DNA of 64,000 nucleotides from a virus (Duplodnaviria; Heunggongvirae; Uroviricota; Caudoviricetes): IMG/VR virus record IMGVR_UViG_2513237361_000012, positions 17,300 to 81,299 of that record; one strand, 5' to 3'. Shown piece by piece: positions 63,809 to 64,000 of this stretch (position 1 is its first letter; each line of letters starts with the position of its first letter). The notes under the pieces were generated by a model. It saw only the letters and a program-made list of their open reading frames with translations, ran no database searches and was not told where the DNA came from. The position numbers and the translations under genes were made by a program.

Positions 63809-64000
63809 ATGACCGATACCAGCCTGATTCCTGAGAAAGAAGTGATGAACAAGCTCGGTGTTTCATCACGTCAGACAATCTGGAACTATACCAAACGGCA
63901 CGGATTTCCGAAGCCAGTCAGAACCCACCCCAAATCATACCTTCGTGAAGCTGTTGAAGGGTGGATTCTTAACGGTGGCGTTAATCAGAAATGCTCCTGA
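63809..64000 (+). CDS. AlpA/Xis-like excisionase-type DNA-binding protein
   Basis: 63-aa HTH protein at the end of the early-left operon, where xis precedes int in lambdoid phages. Confidence 0.5.
   Translation: MTDTSLIPEKEVMNKLGVSSRQTIWNYTKRHGFPKPVRTHPKSYLREAVEGWILNGGVNQKCS

Overview
This window reads as an Escherichia coli-type chromosomal segment at the ybjI-ybjJ-rcdA(ybjK) locus carrying three juxtaposed prophage elements. (1) Positions 1 to ~18953: the c-repressor end of a Mu-like transposable prophage (head, terminase, portal, lysis, mor, gemA, gam, kil, B, A, ner on the minus strand; c repressor and Mu-like terminal sequence on the right), inserted inside ybjI, whose 5' part survives at 18951..19472. 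(2) ~22.6 to ~46.4 kb: a P2/186-family prophage (integrase, CI/Apl/CII switch, Dam methylase, replication protein A, capsid/terminase/lysis/baseplate genes), truncated inside tail-fibre gene H. Its variable region between A and the portal gene holds a DinI/Tum-like gene behind a LexA box, an unannotatable 352-aa protein, and a retron (msr-msd inverted repeats plus a 586-aa RT with C-terminal TOPRIM, Ec67-like). (3) ~46.4 to 64 kb: a lambdoid prophage fragment in inverted orientation with a P22-type immunity/early region (xis-like, erf, SSB, cIII, kil, sieB, N, c2-type repressor, cro, cII, O with iterons, DnaB-like helicase, nin region, Q, holin S), ending in an R endolysin gene truncated where it fuses to P2 H. 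A SIR2-like (DUF4917-type) gene sits between rcdA and the P2-type integrase. No rRNA, tRNA or CRISPR array was recognised. The best candidates for an undescribed function are the 352-aa hotspot protein and the SIR2-like gene; the retron matches a known family. All homology calls are from reading the translations and recalled family signatures, not from database searches; coordinates of sites I delimited by eye may be off by a few bp.
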